From Ginkgo biloba (taxonomy: Eukaryota > Plantae > Ginkgophyta), in the NCBI GenBank assembly GCA_024626585.2, contig JANKJI020000001.1, positions 18,388,769 through 18,409,071 on the forward strand: a stretch of 20,303 nucleotides of DNA, in the 5' to 3' direction. Positions 1-10,110 of the stretch are shown one piece after another. Both the position numbers and the translations under genes were made by a program. The notes beneath the pieces were generated by a model. The model was not told the origin of the DNA. It searched no databases and saw only the letters and a program-made list of their open reading frames with translations. Position 1 is the first letter of the stretch, and each line of letters starts with the position of its first letter.

Positions 1-700
1 AAATTTTTCATTCCCACCTTTTAGCATTCCCACTTGTTTCAAATAAACAAAGATACAGGAGGGTAAATGTGGAGTTTAAATTACAGATTAAGGAAACACA
101 ACTTTGTGATACCACTAGCTTCATCCAATCCAAAGCTCATTCAATGGCCCCAGAGCCTAAGGGAGCAAAGAGGGAATAGATCTTAAGGCAATTTGGCCAT
201 GCAAAGCTGGTTTAACTACCTGTTACTACTTATAGCTTCCAAGTTGGTTGGAACCCTGACAATTGTCTCCTTGACTTGTATGTTTAAAGGCGAACAATTA
301 TACCTTCTAGACAGACAATGTCAATGAAACATTTTCTTGTACCTTATCTCCCTTCCTTTCTTGGTGAAGATGGTTGCAAAATAGGTTGTCATACATTGAT
401 CTTGTTCTCTTGCTAAGCTCTGTCATTAGTGTTTCCTTCTTTTTGCCAATTTATAAGGAATTCCCACCGTGACCCCTTCTTTTATATGGAATAGTGTGAG
501 GGTGCAGATCCTACGAATTGTCCACAACTATTTTAACACAAAACGAAATAACGTTATGTCCCTTGAACCAAAATCTTTAGCAATTGGCCCAAGCTCAGGT
601 GTCCATTTCTACTTCCATATGCGCCCCAGCATGTTTGGTGCCCTTCGAAAATCCTGTGTCACCTAGCGTCAGGCGACTCTGTTTCTACTACATGTGCGCG

Positions 701-1792
701 GCCCTTCTCCTGCGCACACTGCACCACCACTTCAATAACTCTCTTCATCTTTACCTTTAAACTCTCCTACTCATCATGTATACAAATGTCGATCAACTCC
801 TTCTATCAGCCCTTTCCAATCAAATCGTTCGCCCACTCAAATATCGTTGCGTTTTCCACCTGGTCTCCGCCGGAGTAATAATCCAAAACTTTTCGGCCGC
901 TCATCAATTCCAACAGCAGAATGCCAAAGCTGAACACATCGCTCTTGTCTGTCAGATGCCCATATAGCGCATACTCTGGAGCCACATACCCAAGTGTACC
1001 CACGGCTTTTGTAGTGTAATGGCTTTTATTCCGATCCTCCTCTTTAAACCTCGCCAGTCCAAAGTCTGCAAGCAGAGGATTCAGATCCCCATCCAACAGC
1101 ACATTGGCAGCCTTTACATCTCTGTGAATGATGGCCGGCTTCGCGTCATTGTGCAAGTAAGCCAGCCCTTTGGCAATCCCCACGGCGATCTTGTAACGCT
1201 GGAGCCAGGTCAGGCAAGGCTTGTTGCCTTTGAACAGATAATCAGCCAGGCTGCCATTCGCCATGAAATCATAGACCATGAAATGCTGTGGTGGATCGGA
1301 CATTCCGTGGCAGATGCAGTAGCCCTTTAGAGGAAGCAGATTTCGATGTTTAATGCTGCTGATAACCGGAAAATCTGGTGTGCCTTGGTGGCAGAGTCCT
1401 TGAATCTCTTGACGGATGTCAGAGATCCATCATGTAGAATACCCTTATAAACGGTACCGAATCCTTGCTACCCAATCACGTTAGATGTCGTACAACTCCC
1501 AGTAGACTCTTTTATATCGGAGAAACTGAATATAAATGGACTGATTTCGAAATCGATTCTGTTCCCGAACATTTGGGACTGTCTCCGCTTCCTTATAGAG
1601 GCGTAAATGGCAGGTAAGAGTATAAACATTGCTCCCAATGGAATCGAAATCCCAAGAGTAATGCGTTCTGTCGGGCTGAGTACATTGCTGAATCATCCAT
1701 CGAAAGTCTAATGGGCAAGGAGTTGCGTTTGCCCCGCCCATTGCTGTCCTGCAAACAGACACCACTGCCAAACTAAACAATAAGCCCTGCAT
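701..1792 (-). pseudogene. SPARK-domain receptor-like kinase pseudogene, copy 1 (At1g11050/RKF3-like RD kinase), ectodomain mostly deleted
   Basis: ATG at 1792, signal peptide MQGLLFSLAVVSVCRTAMG, then CPLDF...CTQPDR. In another frame: TM ITLGISIPLGAMFILLPAIYASI-RKRR, juxtamembrane FSFSDIKEST, subdomain I IG*QGFGTVYKG (TAG 1468-1470), SVKRF. After a frameshift near 1370-1390: VISSIKHRNLLPLKGYC, then ORF 806..1303 with HRDVKAANVLLD, DFGLAR, GTLGYVAPEYALYG, KSDVFSFG. The frame continues past stops at 806-808, 803-805 and 767-769 as KELID...MKRVIEVVVQCAQEK, but the RP motif of subdomain XI is absent. No intron is needed to explain the alignment. Confidence 0.88.
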
Positions 1793-1902
1793 CACTTAAA
1801 TCTGTTAAGATTCACAATATAGACCCTTTCTTGATGAGATGAGGGGCCGGAGTTGTTGTTCAATCGGACTCTTATTATAAGATGAAGTCGGCAAAGTCGG
1901 CA
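1793..1902 (-). repeat. Upstream (5'UTR/core promoter) segment of copy 1, paralogous to 3237-3352
   Basis: Shared blocks CTTAAATCTGTTAAGATT, ACCCTTTCTTGATGA, TTGTTCAATCGGA, GGACTCTTATTA and ATGAAGTCGGCA occur in the same order upstream of both copies. Confidence 0.85.
1871..1901 (-). promoter_or_regulatory. Candidate TATA-like box with adjacent GCCGAC (DRE/CRT core) motifs
   Basis: Minus-strand TTATAATAAG at 1880-1871, about 80 nt upstream of the ATG. GCCGAC occurs at 1887-1892 and 1896-1901. Motif match only. Confidence 0.3.
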
Positions 1903-1912
1903 CGAAAGAAAG

Positions 1913-2012
1913 NNNNNNNNNNNNNNNNNNNNNNNNNNNNNNNNNNNNNNNNNNNNNNNNNNNNNNNNNNNNNNNNNNNNNNNNNNNNNNNNNNNNNNNN
2001 NNNNNNNNNNNN
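1913..2012. other. Assembly gap of 100 N between the two receptor copies
   Basis: Other 100-N gaps lie at 3894, 5544, 7410, 8738, 10009, 13485 and 18075, with 174 N at 15197 and 10 N at 18430. Uniform 100-N runs usually mark gaps of unknown size. Confidence 0.95.
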
Positions 2013-2488
2013 AAAATAGTCTAGAAGATGGGTTTTGTAGAATACATACCTTAAAATCAGTAAGTGTTCATGGGTTTATTGAAGAGGGTATTGCCAAAAG
2101 TTAACCCATAGGAGGGTGTCATTGTCGCTGCTAACGCTATGATTTTTGTGTGAAAATAGCGTGGCAGAAGACGTGTTACAGAGGGTAAAAATGGATGCAG
2201 GGTTTATGCAAGAGATAGGGAATTTCATGTGGCTACATTTCCTGTTGAGGAAATTGATCTAATGGGTGCTGGTTGTTGTTGGGGAATAGAGGTAAGTAGT
2301 TACAGTGCTGTGCTTGTGTGCCGTGACGATGGAAGCAGTTTTGACAGAGAGTAGATAAAAAAACTCCAGCAATTTTTTTAGCTTTGAATTTTTATGGCAT
2401 ACGACTAGAATAGAGGTAAATGCTCCTAAAATTGAGGAGCGATGGGGGCTATTACTTTTCCTATTTCCTGCTCCATGGGACTACGCTC
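2013..2488. mobile_element. Putative DNA transposon end (PIF/Harbinger-like, alternatively Helitron) interrupting copy 2
   Basis: Gene homology breaks exactly after TTA (minus strand, 2491-2489). The foreign sequence starts GAGCGTAGTCCCATGGAGC and contains a GCTCCT-N7-AGGAGC inverted repeat at 2422-2440. No second end or transposase is visible before the gap at 1913-2012. Confidence 0.4.
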
Positions 2489-3236
2489 TAAGAGTATAAA
2501 CATTACTCCCAACATAATCAAAATCCAAAGAGCTATTTTGACGCTTTCACTACTCTTGAAATTCTCTTCTGGAATCTCAACTGAGCCATCCGTGGGTGAC
2601 ACCAGTTCGGATAAGTTATGGATGTTGAGAAGACGGTACACAGCATCAAAACCCAGATTATTATACACATTGATGACTCCGCCAACATACAACAACACAT
2701 ACATCTCGCAAGACGTCTTCTTTTCTCCCGATCTGGAGGCGTCTATTTGCAATTGCCTGAGCGCAATGGCCATGGCCGTTACGCACTGATGACACTGAAA
2801 ATCAAAACCTGAAGCCCCTTTGCAGTATTTGTTCATGGGCATAGTATCTACAGCCTTTTCAAATCTAGCTAAATTTGTAATTTTGTTGCAGCTGCCACTG
2901 AGTGCGAAATCCAGTTTACAATCTTCCAAGCCTTTAGGTGCTACAGATCGGGCTTCCAGATTGGCCTTAAGGGCGTCCACGCAAACAGCAGCCGTATGCT
3001 TGTCGGGTAAAAGAAAGGAACTTATATGATCCATTCTCGAGATTAGAAGAATCCTTACCAAATCTAACACAGCCTCACAGCAATGCTTTCTGTCGGGCTG
3101 AGTACATTGCTGAATCATCCATGGACGAGAATCAAAAAGAGTAAAGTCTAATGGGCATGGAGTTGTGTTTGCCCCGCCCATTGCTGTCCTGAAAACACAC
3201 ACCACTGCCCAGAATAATTAACAATAAGCCGTACAT
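2426..3236 (-). pseudogene. SPARK-domain receptor paralog, copy 2: signal peptide, SPARK ectodomain, partial TM, no kinase in the visible sequence
   Basis: ORF 2426..3205 has the SPARK pattern CPLDF..C..CC..FLLP..C..C..C..C..CxxC..C..LYxGGVxN, then the hydrophobic segment IALWILIMLGVMFILL. The ATG homologous to copy 1 is at 3236 (MYGLLLIIL) but is 31 nt from the ORF start, so it is out of frame by one extra G at 3208-3210. Homology to copy 1 ends at 2489 and the tail ERSPMEQ...APQF is unrelated sequence. Confidence 0.75.
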
Positions 3237-3352
3237 CGCTTAAATCTGTTAAGATTAATAATGCGAACCCTTTCTTGATGAAGTTCTTGTTCAATCGGAA
3301 TCGAATTACAGAACAATACTATGCAGGACTCTTATTAAAATGAAGTCGGCAC
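3237..3352 (-). repeat. Upstream (5'UTR/core promoter) segment of copy 2, paralogous to 1793-1902
   Basis: Same conserved blocks as 1793-1902, with indels between them. Confidence 0.85.
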
Positions 3353-3551
3353 CGTGTCGATAAACAACGCCTCAAGCTGGTCGCCCACGAGGTAAATGGG
3401 CTGAATTTATCGGTATGATGGCTTCGAATTTAATGTTGACAGGCTGCCTACACGTTCACCGGAACCTTCCGTCGCCGTTTGAACAGTGTCCACGAACTTT
3501 AGAGGAGGCATGATCGTTGACATCCGATTCTCCACCATTTGAATCAAAGTT

Positions 3552-3712
3552 TTCAGGGCCGCGCCACCGTCCCCTGCCGGAGTGTTCTATCCGGCCAACA
3601 TTTTATCACACATGGCACCATGAAATTGAAATTCAGGCCTGCGCCACCGTCCCCTTCCGGAGTGTTCTATCTGGGGCAACATTTTATCACACATGGCAGC
3701 ATGAAATTGAAA
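3552..3712. repeat. Two-copy tandem repeat of about 80 bp
   Basis: Units 3552-3631 and 3632-3712 both read TTCAGG..GCGCCACCGTCCCCT.CCGGAGTGTTCTATC.GG..CAACATTTTATCACACATGGCA.CATGAAATTGAAA with few mismatches. Confidence 0.92.
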
Positions 3713-4391
3713 TTGAAATTATTATTAATATTCACAAATGACCATAAAGGTTAATGGAATTGAAAATAGACATTGATACAATAAGTCAAAAGAGATAGTT
3801 TATTGCATCTTCAAATAAAATAAAATAAATAGATTGTAGCAAAAAATGATGTACAAAAGGAGAAACATTCAAAGAAGGATTTAAGATTAAATTNNNNNNN
3901 NNNNNNNNNNNNNNNNNNNNNNNNNNNNNNNNNNNNNNNNNNNNNNNNNNNNNNNNNNNNNNNNNNNNNNNNNNNNNNNNNNNNNNNNNNNNNAGAAAAC
4001 AAGAAGAGTCAAAGGTTAAAGAAGGACACTGTGAGGAATTAAAGACTATAAATAATAAAGGTGAACAAGAAGAAGGATATTATGAATAATTGGAGACTAT
4101 AAGTGATAAAGATAAAGGCAATGATGAAGAGAAGTTGGAGAAAGAATAATTGATGGAAGAGGTCCCTAAGGAGAAACCAAGAGTTGAGGACACATCGATG
4201 GATAAGAAAAATAACGATGATAAGGATGAAGGCATAGGAAATTTAACACCACAAGAAGAAAATGTAGAAGGTTCTCTTACGGTAGTGAAAAGACTTCTAA
4301 AGCTAGAGACATTTAAGGTTCATAAGTATATACCAAAGTTGCTAGGTACACATCCCCATTTAGTAGGGTACCTACACTCAAGGATGGTACC

Positions 4392-5543
4392 TGTTGCATG
4401 TTTCACCCCCCCTCCCCGTCCTTGCCAGTGGAGGTTGGGTGATGTGGCATTACCAATAGTAGCACGGTTCTATGTGGCGGCTTTCGAGTGTATGGGTCTT
4501 CCCGCACTTGGTGGTCCCTGTATATATTTTTACTTTTTCCCATGTTTTGAGCTCTTGATCTCTAGGGCTATGAGTTGTTGTTTTATTATTTATCTTGTAG
4601 TGAGTTTATTTGGTGGCATTGTAATTATTTAGCCACCTCTTTATGTAATGACACATTATTTTAGTTAGTGACTTTATTTTATGATGCTATGGCTCAAGTG
4701 TTTGGAGCCTCTTTATTTTTTAGAGAGAGAAATATTTGTTGGATTTTATCATTTATGAGGAGGCATGGCCACCCTTGCATGCCTCTCCCTTGGTCTCCAA
4801 CGAGTCCCATCGCTTTCAATGGGCAACACTTTTGGAGGAGAGGTTGGTGAGTGAGGGAGTTAGCTTGGAGTGAAGGATTCAAAGTTGAGAGGAGGGAGGT
4901 GTCATTCCAATGCTTTCCATACACATTGCCAAGTTTTTGCGAGAGAGGAGAGGAGGAAGAGAGAAAAATTTTCTTGGTGCATTAGAGTAGCAACAAGGGA
5001 AGGAGCTTTGGTGTCTACCTAAGCATTTTGGAGTAGATTTCCTTGGAGCTTAGAGTTGTGGCAGCTGGGAGAGAAATTCTCATTGTTATTTTAGAGAGAG
5101 TGTAGGGTTTATGCAATGTGTTAATAAAATCATCTTCATTTATGGGAAATTGAGGTCTGAAAGTTCTGGTAATTTTATTTTTGAAGTTTGCTTCGTAGTT
5201 TTATAGTGGTTGTGTGAATTTTTAGTTATTTTTTTTGTTTTTCTGTGGTTGGGCAGTGTTCCGCCCTCCTTCCTCCTTCGTTTCTAGTTCTCCCCCTACC
5301 TTTGATGGCCATTTTAGGGGTCTGCATGTTTCTGTTGGCCGCCAATTGTTCTAATTATTATAAAAGCTATGATTCGGCCTACGTGGCCTTTCCTGCCCAC
5401 TGTGGTACCTGGGCGGCCTTATCTGGCCCTTATGCCCCTTCTCCAAGCTCTGTCTGGCCTCCCATTCCATGTTGTGGCCCCGACAGGTCGAGCGAGCCCT
5501 GCGAAGTCGTCACAACTTGTGTAGGCCCGCACGGCCATAAAAT
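4392..5543 (+). mobile_element. Possible LTR-like segment
   Basis: Abrupt change from purine-rich low-complexity DNA to a block starting TGTTGCATG at 4392, with GA-rich stretches and AATAAA at 5123-5128. No terminal CA, PBS or second copy is visible before the gap, so this is a compositional impression only. Confidence 0.25.
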
Positions 5544-7509
5544 NNNNNNNNNNNNNNNNNNNNNNNNNNNNNNNNNNNNNNNNNNNNNNNNNNNNNNNNN
5601 NNNNNNNNNNNNNNNNNNNNNNNNNNNNNNNNNNNNNNNNNNNGTCCACAATTATAATTACACTCATGGGTACACTTCGTACTCATTAAACATACTTGGA
5701 TAAGTCACAAAAACATGTAAATGTTGATCATTAGAAGGCAAAATAAAGTCAACATCCCTCAGTGAAAGTATTCACTTTATAGTTGGATGATATTTGCTTA
5801 TGGATTTGTCTTTCTATGAAGCATCGTGTGGCTTGTACCTAAACAAACATGTGGTAGTTTTCAATATTCCATAAATCATAAAATAATAAGGTTGATCATT
5901 TAAAAAAAAATCATTCCAAATAAAACTTTAGGTCCATTCATCATTTATGTACATTGACTTTTTAGTCATTTTTCTTACAATTACCATTAAATACTTCTAC
6001 ATTTTTATTTCCAAACATTTCTTCATAGATTGTGAACTAATTTCCTCAAGGTGTATTATACTAAAAATCTAATGATCATGTGCATGAACTTGTGTTTCTC
6101 ATTTAGTATAAGTTGATTACAAGTATAATTATGTTTATCCAATATAAAAGAAATCCCATTTATGGGTCCTTCGGAGGAATAAAATATTACTTAGCTTTAT
6201 TCAAATGATGGCACATGATTGACTGTAAAGTAGTGATTAAGAAACTTTCAACAAGAATGACACAAGGCTTGAAAAGTCTTCAAAGTGTGGAATTTTCAAC
6301 ATTGAGGACAAAGGCCATGTATGTAGCTATTTAGATTTCTTAAATAAGAGATGTGTATCCCTTATAGTGGATTACAAATTATATCCACACTTTTAAAGTT
6401 AATCTAGTATTTGATTATTAACAAGACCCATTTGGTGGCATGTCTCCTCCTTTTGTAGTCAATATTATTGTTAATTAATATTTATAGTAAGTTGCAATAC
6501 CTAAATTATATATACATCTCAATAGAAGTAGACTTGTAAAGAAAATTTATAAATTTAAAACAATAGTGACTTTGCAATAAAAGTCAATGCATTATGAAAT
6601 ATTATGATTCTATGATACAAAATCATTATGCAATGATTTGTAAGAATAATATATAGTACAAAGATAAGGTTCACAAACAATTGTTGCAATTTAATTAATA
6701 AAATCATATTTTCTCAAATAATATTTTTAGTAGTCATGATGTAATAGATACATCAAACAAATATTACTTAAATCTATAATTTATTGCAAACAATATTCTC
6801 CTTTTGTATTCCAATGTTTATGTAATTCTTCTTACTAGATAAAGTCTTATTTATCATTATGAAATACAAATATCCCTAGCAAAGTATGAATATAATTTAA
6901 GGTTATGAATGTAATTATTACCAAAATGCATAATCATTTATAAGAAGAATTTACAGTGTAAAGAAAATATTTATAAATAATTTCTATGTTTGTTATATTT
7001 TATTTAATACAATATTTTGTTCTTAAATAAAAAAAAAATTAATCATGTTATGATAAATATATTGGATAAGCTTTATCCAAAGGTATGTTTTATCCTTTTG
7101 CATTTTAGTGTCCATGCAATTTAAGTTATCAAGAAAGCTTATTTTTAAAGGTAAATTATAAAATATTTCTAGGAGCATATTGTAATCATAGTGAAGACAA
7201 TAGAGAGCTTAGAGAGATGGTAGGGAGAGGAAGGGGGAGTGAAAACTAAGGAGCTATGTATGGGTTAAATGTGATCAATTCGTATGATTTGCAGTATTTC
7301 CTATAAATTTTTCACCACCCTTTCTTTTAATTTAGTGATTAACAAACTTAATACTACCCCTTAAGGCACCCTGCCCTAATAATGGTAGATAAATTTTCCA
7401 TTTCCCCCCNNNNNNNNNNNNNNNNNNNNNNNNNNNNNNNNNNNNNNNNNNNNNNNNNNNNNNNNNNNNNNNNNNNNNNNNNNNNNNNNNNNNNNNNNNN
7501 NNNNNNNNN

Positions 7510-8737
7510 GAGTAGAAATAGGATTAGGATAATATGATGGCCATGTTCTAACAAATAATTCTTCAATCCCTTCAGGATACACATTAGATACATGCGTAGT
7601 TATTCTAGATATAGGTACAACAATAGTAAGCCCTAAAGAATCTAGTTTCCATTCCCATCCCCTAGTCAACACTTAATCTAGATATGAATATTTTCATCCC
7701 TTCAGTTTGATAAGTCTATCAACCCTGAGGGATTGGACAATTAGTTGTGTTCCCTAGAGGAATATTTCACTTGCCAACTCTATCTTACTGAGTCGCAACA
7801 AATTTCTCTCACCTCTCTCCATATGTTCGAGAAGGCATAACTTTGGTGGCAGACATAAGTACATACCTGAGTAGTTGTCCACCATCCTTCTATTGTATAG
7901 TGCATTGCCTTTAAACATGTCATCAAAGATAGATTCTACCCCACTATTTATGCCAACAAACAAAAGAAACAATGGATGCATATTCGTAAAAAAATTGACC
8001 AATTTGTCTAAGAATACATTGACACTTTCCACAAAATGTCAATCATGCTCGAAGTTATTGACTATGAGCACAAGTAGTTGTTAAAGTTTATTAGAGGGAT
8101 TTATTGACGTAGCACCCTAGTACCTGCATCTCGATACCAAAATGTCATAACAGAGTGTCGAATGAAAGTTGCTTGCTTATACAATCTGAGTTAAGATGAC
8201 ATCCCGCATGACTTAAAATATGCATTCAATATCCACACCCTTATGCAACAAGTAACAATATTATCACACATATGACAATGTGACTCATATATACTTATAA
8301 TAATAACATATATTATTGATAGTGAAGTTAGGTCTAGCACCTTAATAATCCTTAGATATTCTTTAGTGTTATGAAGTGCACTAGAACTCCTAATTTATTA
8401 TACATATATACTATCTGATTACCATCATCTAGTATTAAATCTAGATAGAGATTAGTGGTGGAAGAAGTGACTATAGTGTTAGAGAGGAGGTATGGTTCAA
8501 TGAAGGCTTATTGAGGTAGTGATATTCAGTTTATTGATTTGAATATAGAACTAAATCCTCTACAAATATAGTAAAAACATCCCATTGATAAAATCCTTTC
8601 ATAATTATGTTAATTGAGTGCTTAACTATGGTTGATTTAAGACTTAACTATGATTTACTCAATAATATATATAGAATCTATATTAAAAATATACATATAT
8701 CTATAACTAAGATACATACTTAATTATGGTTAGATCA
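7510..8737 (-). mobile_element. LTR retrotransposon 5' remnant with degenerate tRNA-Met(i)-type PBS at 8122-8139
   Basis: Minus strand reads ...TGACA-TTT-TGGTATCGAGATGCAGGT: a CA terminus at 8143-8144, a 3-nt spacer and a PBS resembling the canonical TGGTATCAGAGCCAGGT. Outer boundaries are simply the contig ends. No gag or pol motif recognised. Confidence 0.4.
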
Positions 8738-9872
8738 NNNNNNNNNNNNNNNNNNNNNNNNNNNNNNNNNNNNNNNNNNNNNNNNNNNNNNNNNNNNNNN
8801 NNNNNNNNNNNNNNNNNNNNNNNNNNNNNNNNNNNNNCAACCTTAGGAGTTCAACCTAAAAGGGAAATAATTCTTATTCATTTTAAAATCATAAAAATAC
8901 TCTTCTTACCTTCTCAACAAGAGAATAACTCCAAGACAGATCTAAGGACCCTAGACAAAACCTATCTACTACGTCCCTAAAGGATTAGACAAACAACAAC
9001 CACTAGAACCATATGAACCTAGTGGACCTAACCTTGTTATCTTTACTTTAGAAAAAATAATATTTTAACTTTGCTTTAGGGTGAATGTGCCCAAGAAAAT
9101 ATCAATGTATCCTTAGTAGAGGAAAAAAGGATGACCTTTTTAATGTGCATAAGAATTTCAGAAGAAGTAAGGAATACTTAAGTATACACTATTGTGATGA
9201 TGTATAATTTTACATGATTAGCCCCTTTATATGCACTGGACCCCACTATCCACATTAACAATTACTTTTGGCACAAAAAAATATCTTTTGTTTCTATGAC
9301 AAAAGAGGCACAACATCTTGTTGTGCATCGAGGCTTTTCCTACATGCACCACACTTTTTCCTAAAGGTAGTGTTATGGGTTTCTCCTAAGCTACATTTTC
9401 TCATTCGAAGCTAAAATTCAAAAAAATGTCACACATAAATTGACGCAGGAACTTGATAAAATCTTATTGACTTGTAAGCACTCATACAGTTCCCCAAAAT
9501 TAAAGATTCTCAACTCAATAAGATCATATACATGTGCACAAATAAGAATCTAAGAAACTCACAATAAGAGCCAATAGCAATTAGACACCAAAGAAGAATC
9601 TCTTGATTATGCTCTCAATACAAGCATTAGGTGAGATCCTAGAATAACTAATCCTCTAAGTAGGATTCACTATAAAATTTGTTTATAAATAATCATATAA
9701 TCATAAATTTATTGATTAAGGATAGTAATCCATGTAAAACTACAAGATTCATGGGGAGCATGAGGGAGAAAGGTAATAGTTATCTTAGGAACACGATTGA
9801 TTTGTACATATACAAATATTTACCATATTTTAGATTGCTCTACTATAATATATTGTGTACTCACATTAGTTT

Positions 9873-9911
9873 TATATGTGTGTGTGCACATGTGCATGCA
9901 TATGCACGTGC
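9873..9911. repeat. 39-bp perfectly alternating pyrimidine-purine tract
   Basis: TATATGTGTGTGTGCACATGTGCATGCATATGCACGTGC, read directly from the sequence. Confidence 0.85.
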
Positions 9912-10110
9912 TCATATTTTATTCTATTTTCATCAATTATATAAAATTTTATATTTGAATGTTTTGTGCATAGTCATTTAAGATTTTTTATTTATATAAT
10001 ATGATAATNNNNNNNNNNNNNNNNNNNNNNNNNNNNNNNNNNNNNNNNNNNNNNNNNNNNNNNNNNNNNNNNNNNNNNNNNNNNNNNNNNNNNNNNNNNN
10101 NNNNNNNNTT

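Noticed and set aside
101-116. Minus-strand TGGTATCA as a possible tRNA-Met PBS
   Set aside because: Only 8 nt match and no adjacent LTR-terminal CA.
776-1330. Plus-strand ORFs 776..967 and 1019..1330
   Set aside because: Antisense shadows of the kinase coding sequence with no independent protein features.
2442-3029. Plus-strand ORFs 2442..2789, 2618..2812 and 2820..3029
   Set aside because: Antisense to the SPARK ectodomain frame.
701-3236. A single spliced gene joining the copy 2 ectodomain to the copy 1 kinase
   Set aside because: Copy 1 has its own start, signal peptide and upstream region. Its kinase has a stop in the Gly loop, a frameshift and a broken C-terminus, so splicing would not yield a working kinase.
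3552-3712. Repeat considered as a CRISPR-like array
   Set aside because: Only two contiguous units, no unique spacers, and a plant nuclear context.
4150-4632. 160-aa ORF with an acidic N-terminus and hydrophobic C-terminus
   Set aside because: It starts at TTG, spans the compositional junction near 4392 and has no recognisable motif. Probably a chance frame through repeat DNA.
5644-7409. Very AT-rich block, possibly an old transposon
   Set aside because: No ORF, terminal repeat or protein motif that I can recognise.
8018-8043. Imperfect hairpin ATTGACA...TGTCAAT downstream of the putative PBS
   Set aside because: Short AT-rich stem that could arise by chance.
9440-9700. Possible solo LTR
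   Set aside because: Compositional resemblance only, with no TG...CA ends or TSD that I could define.
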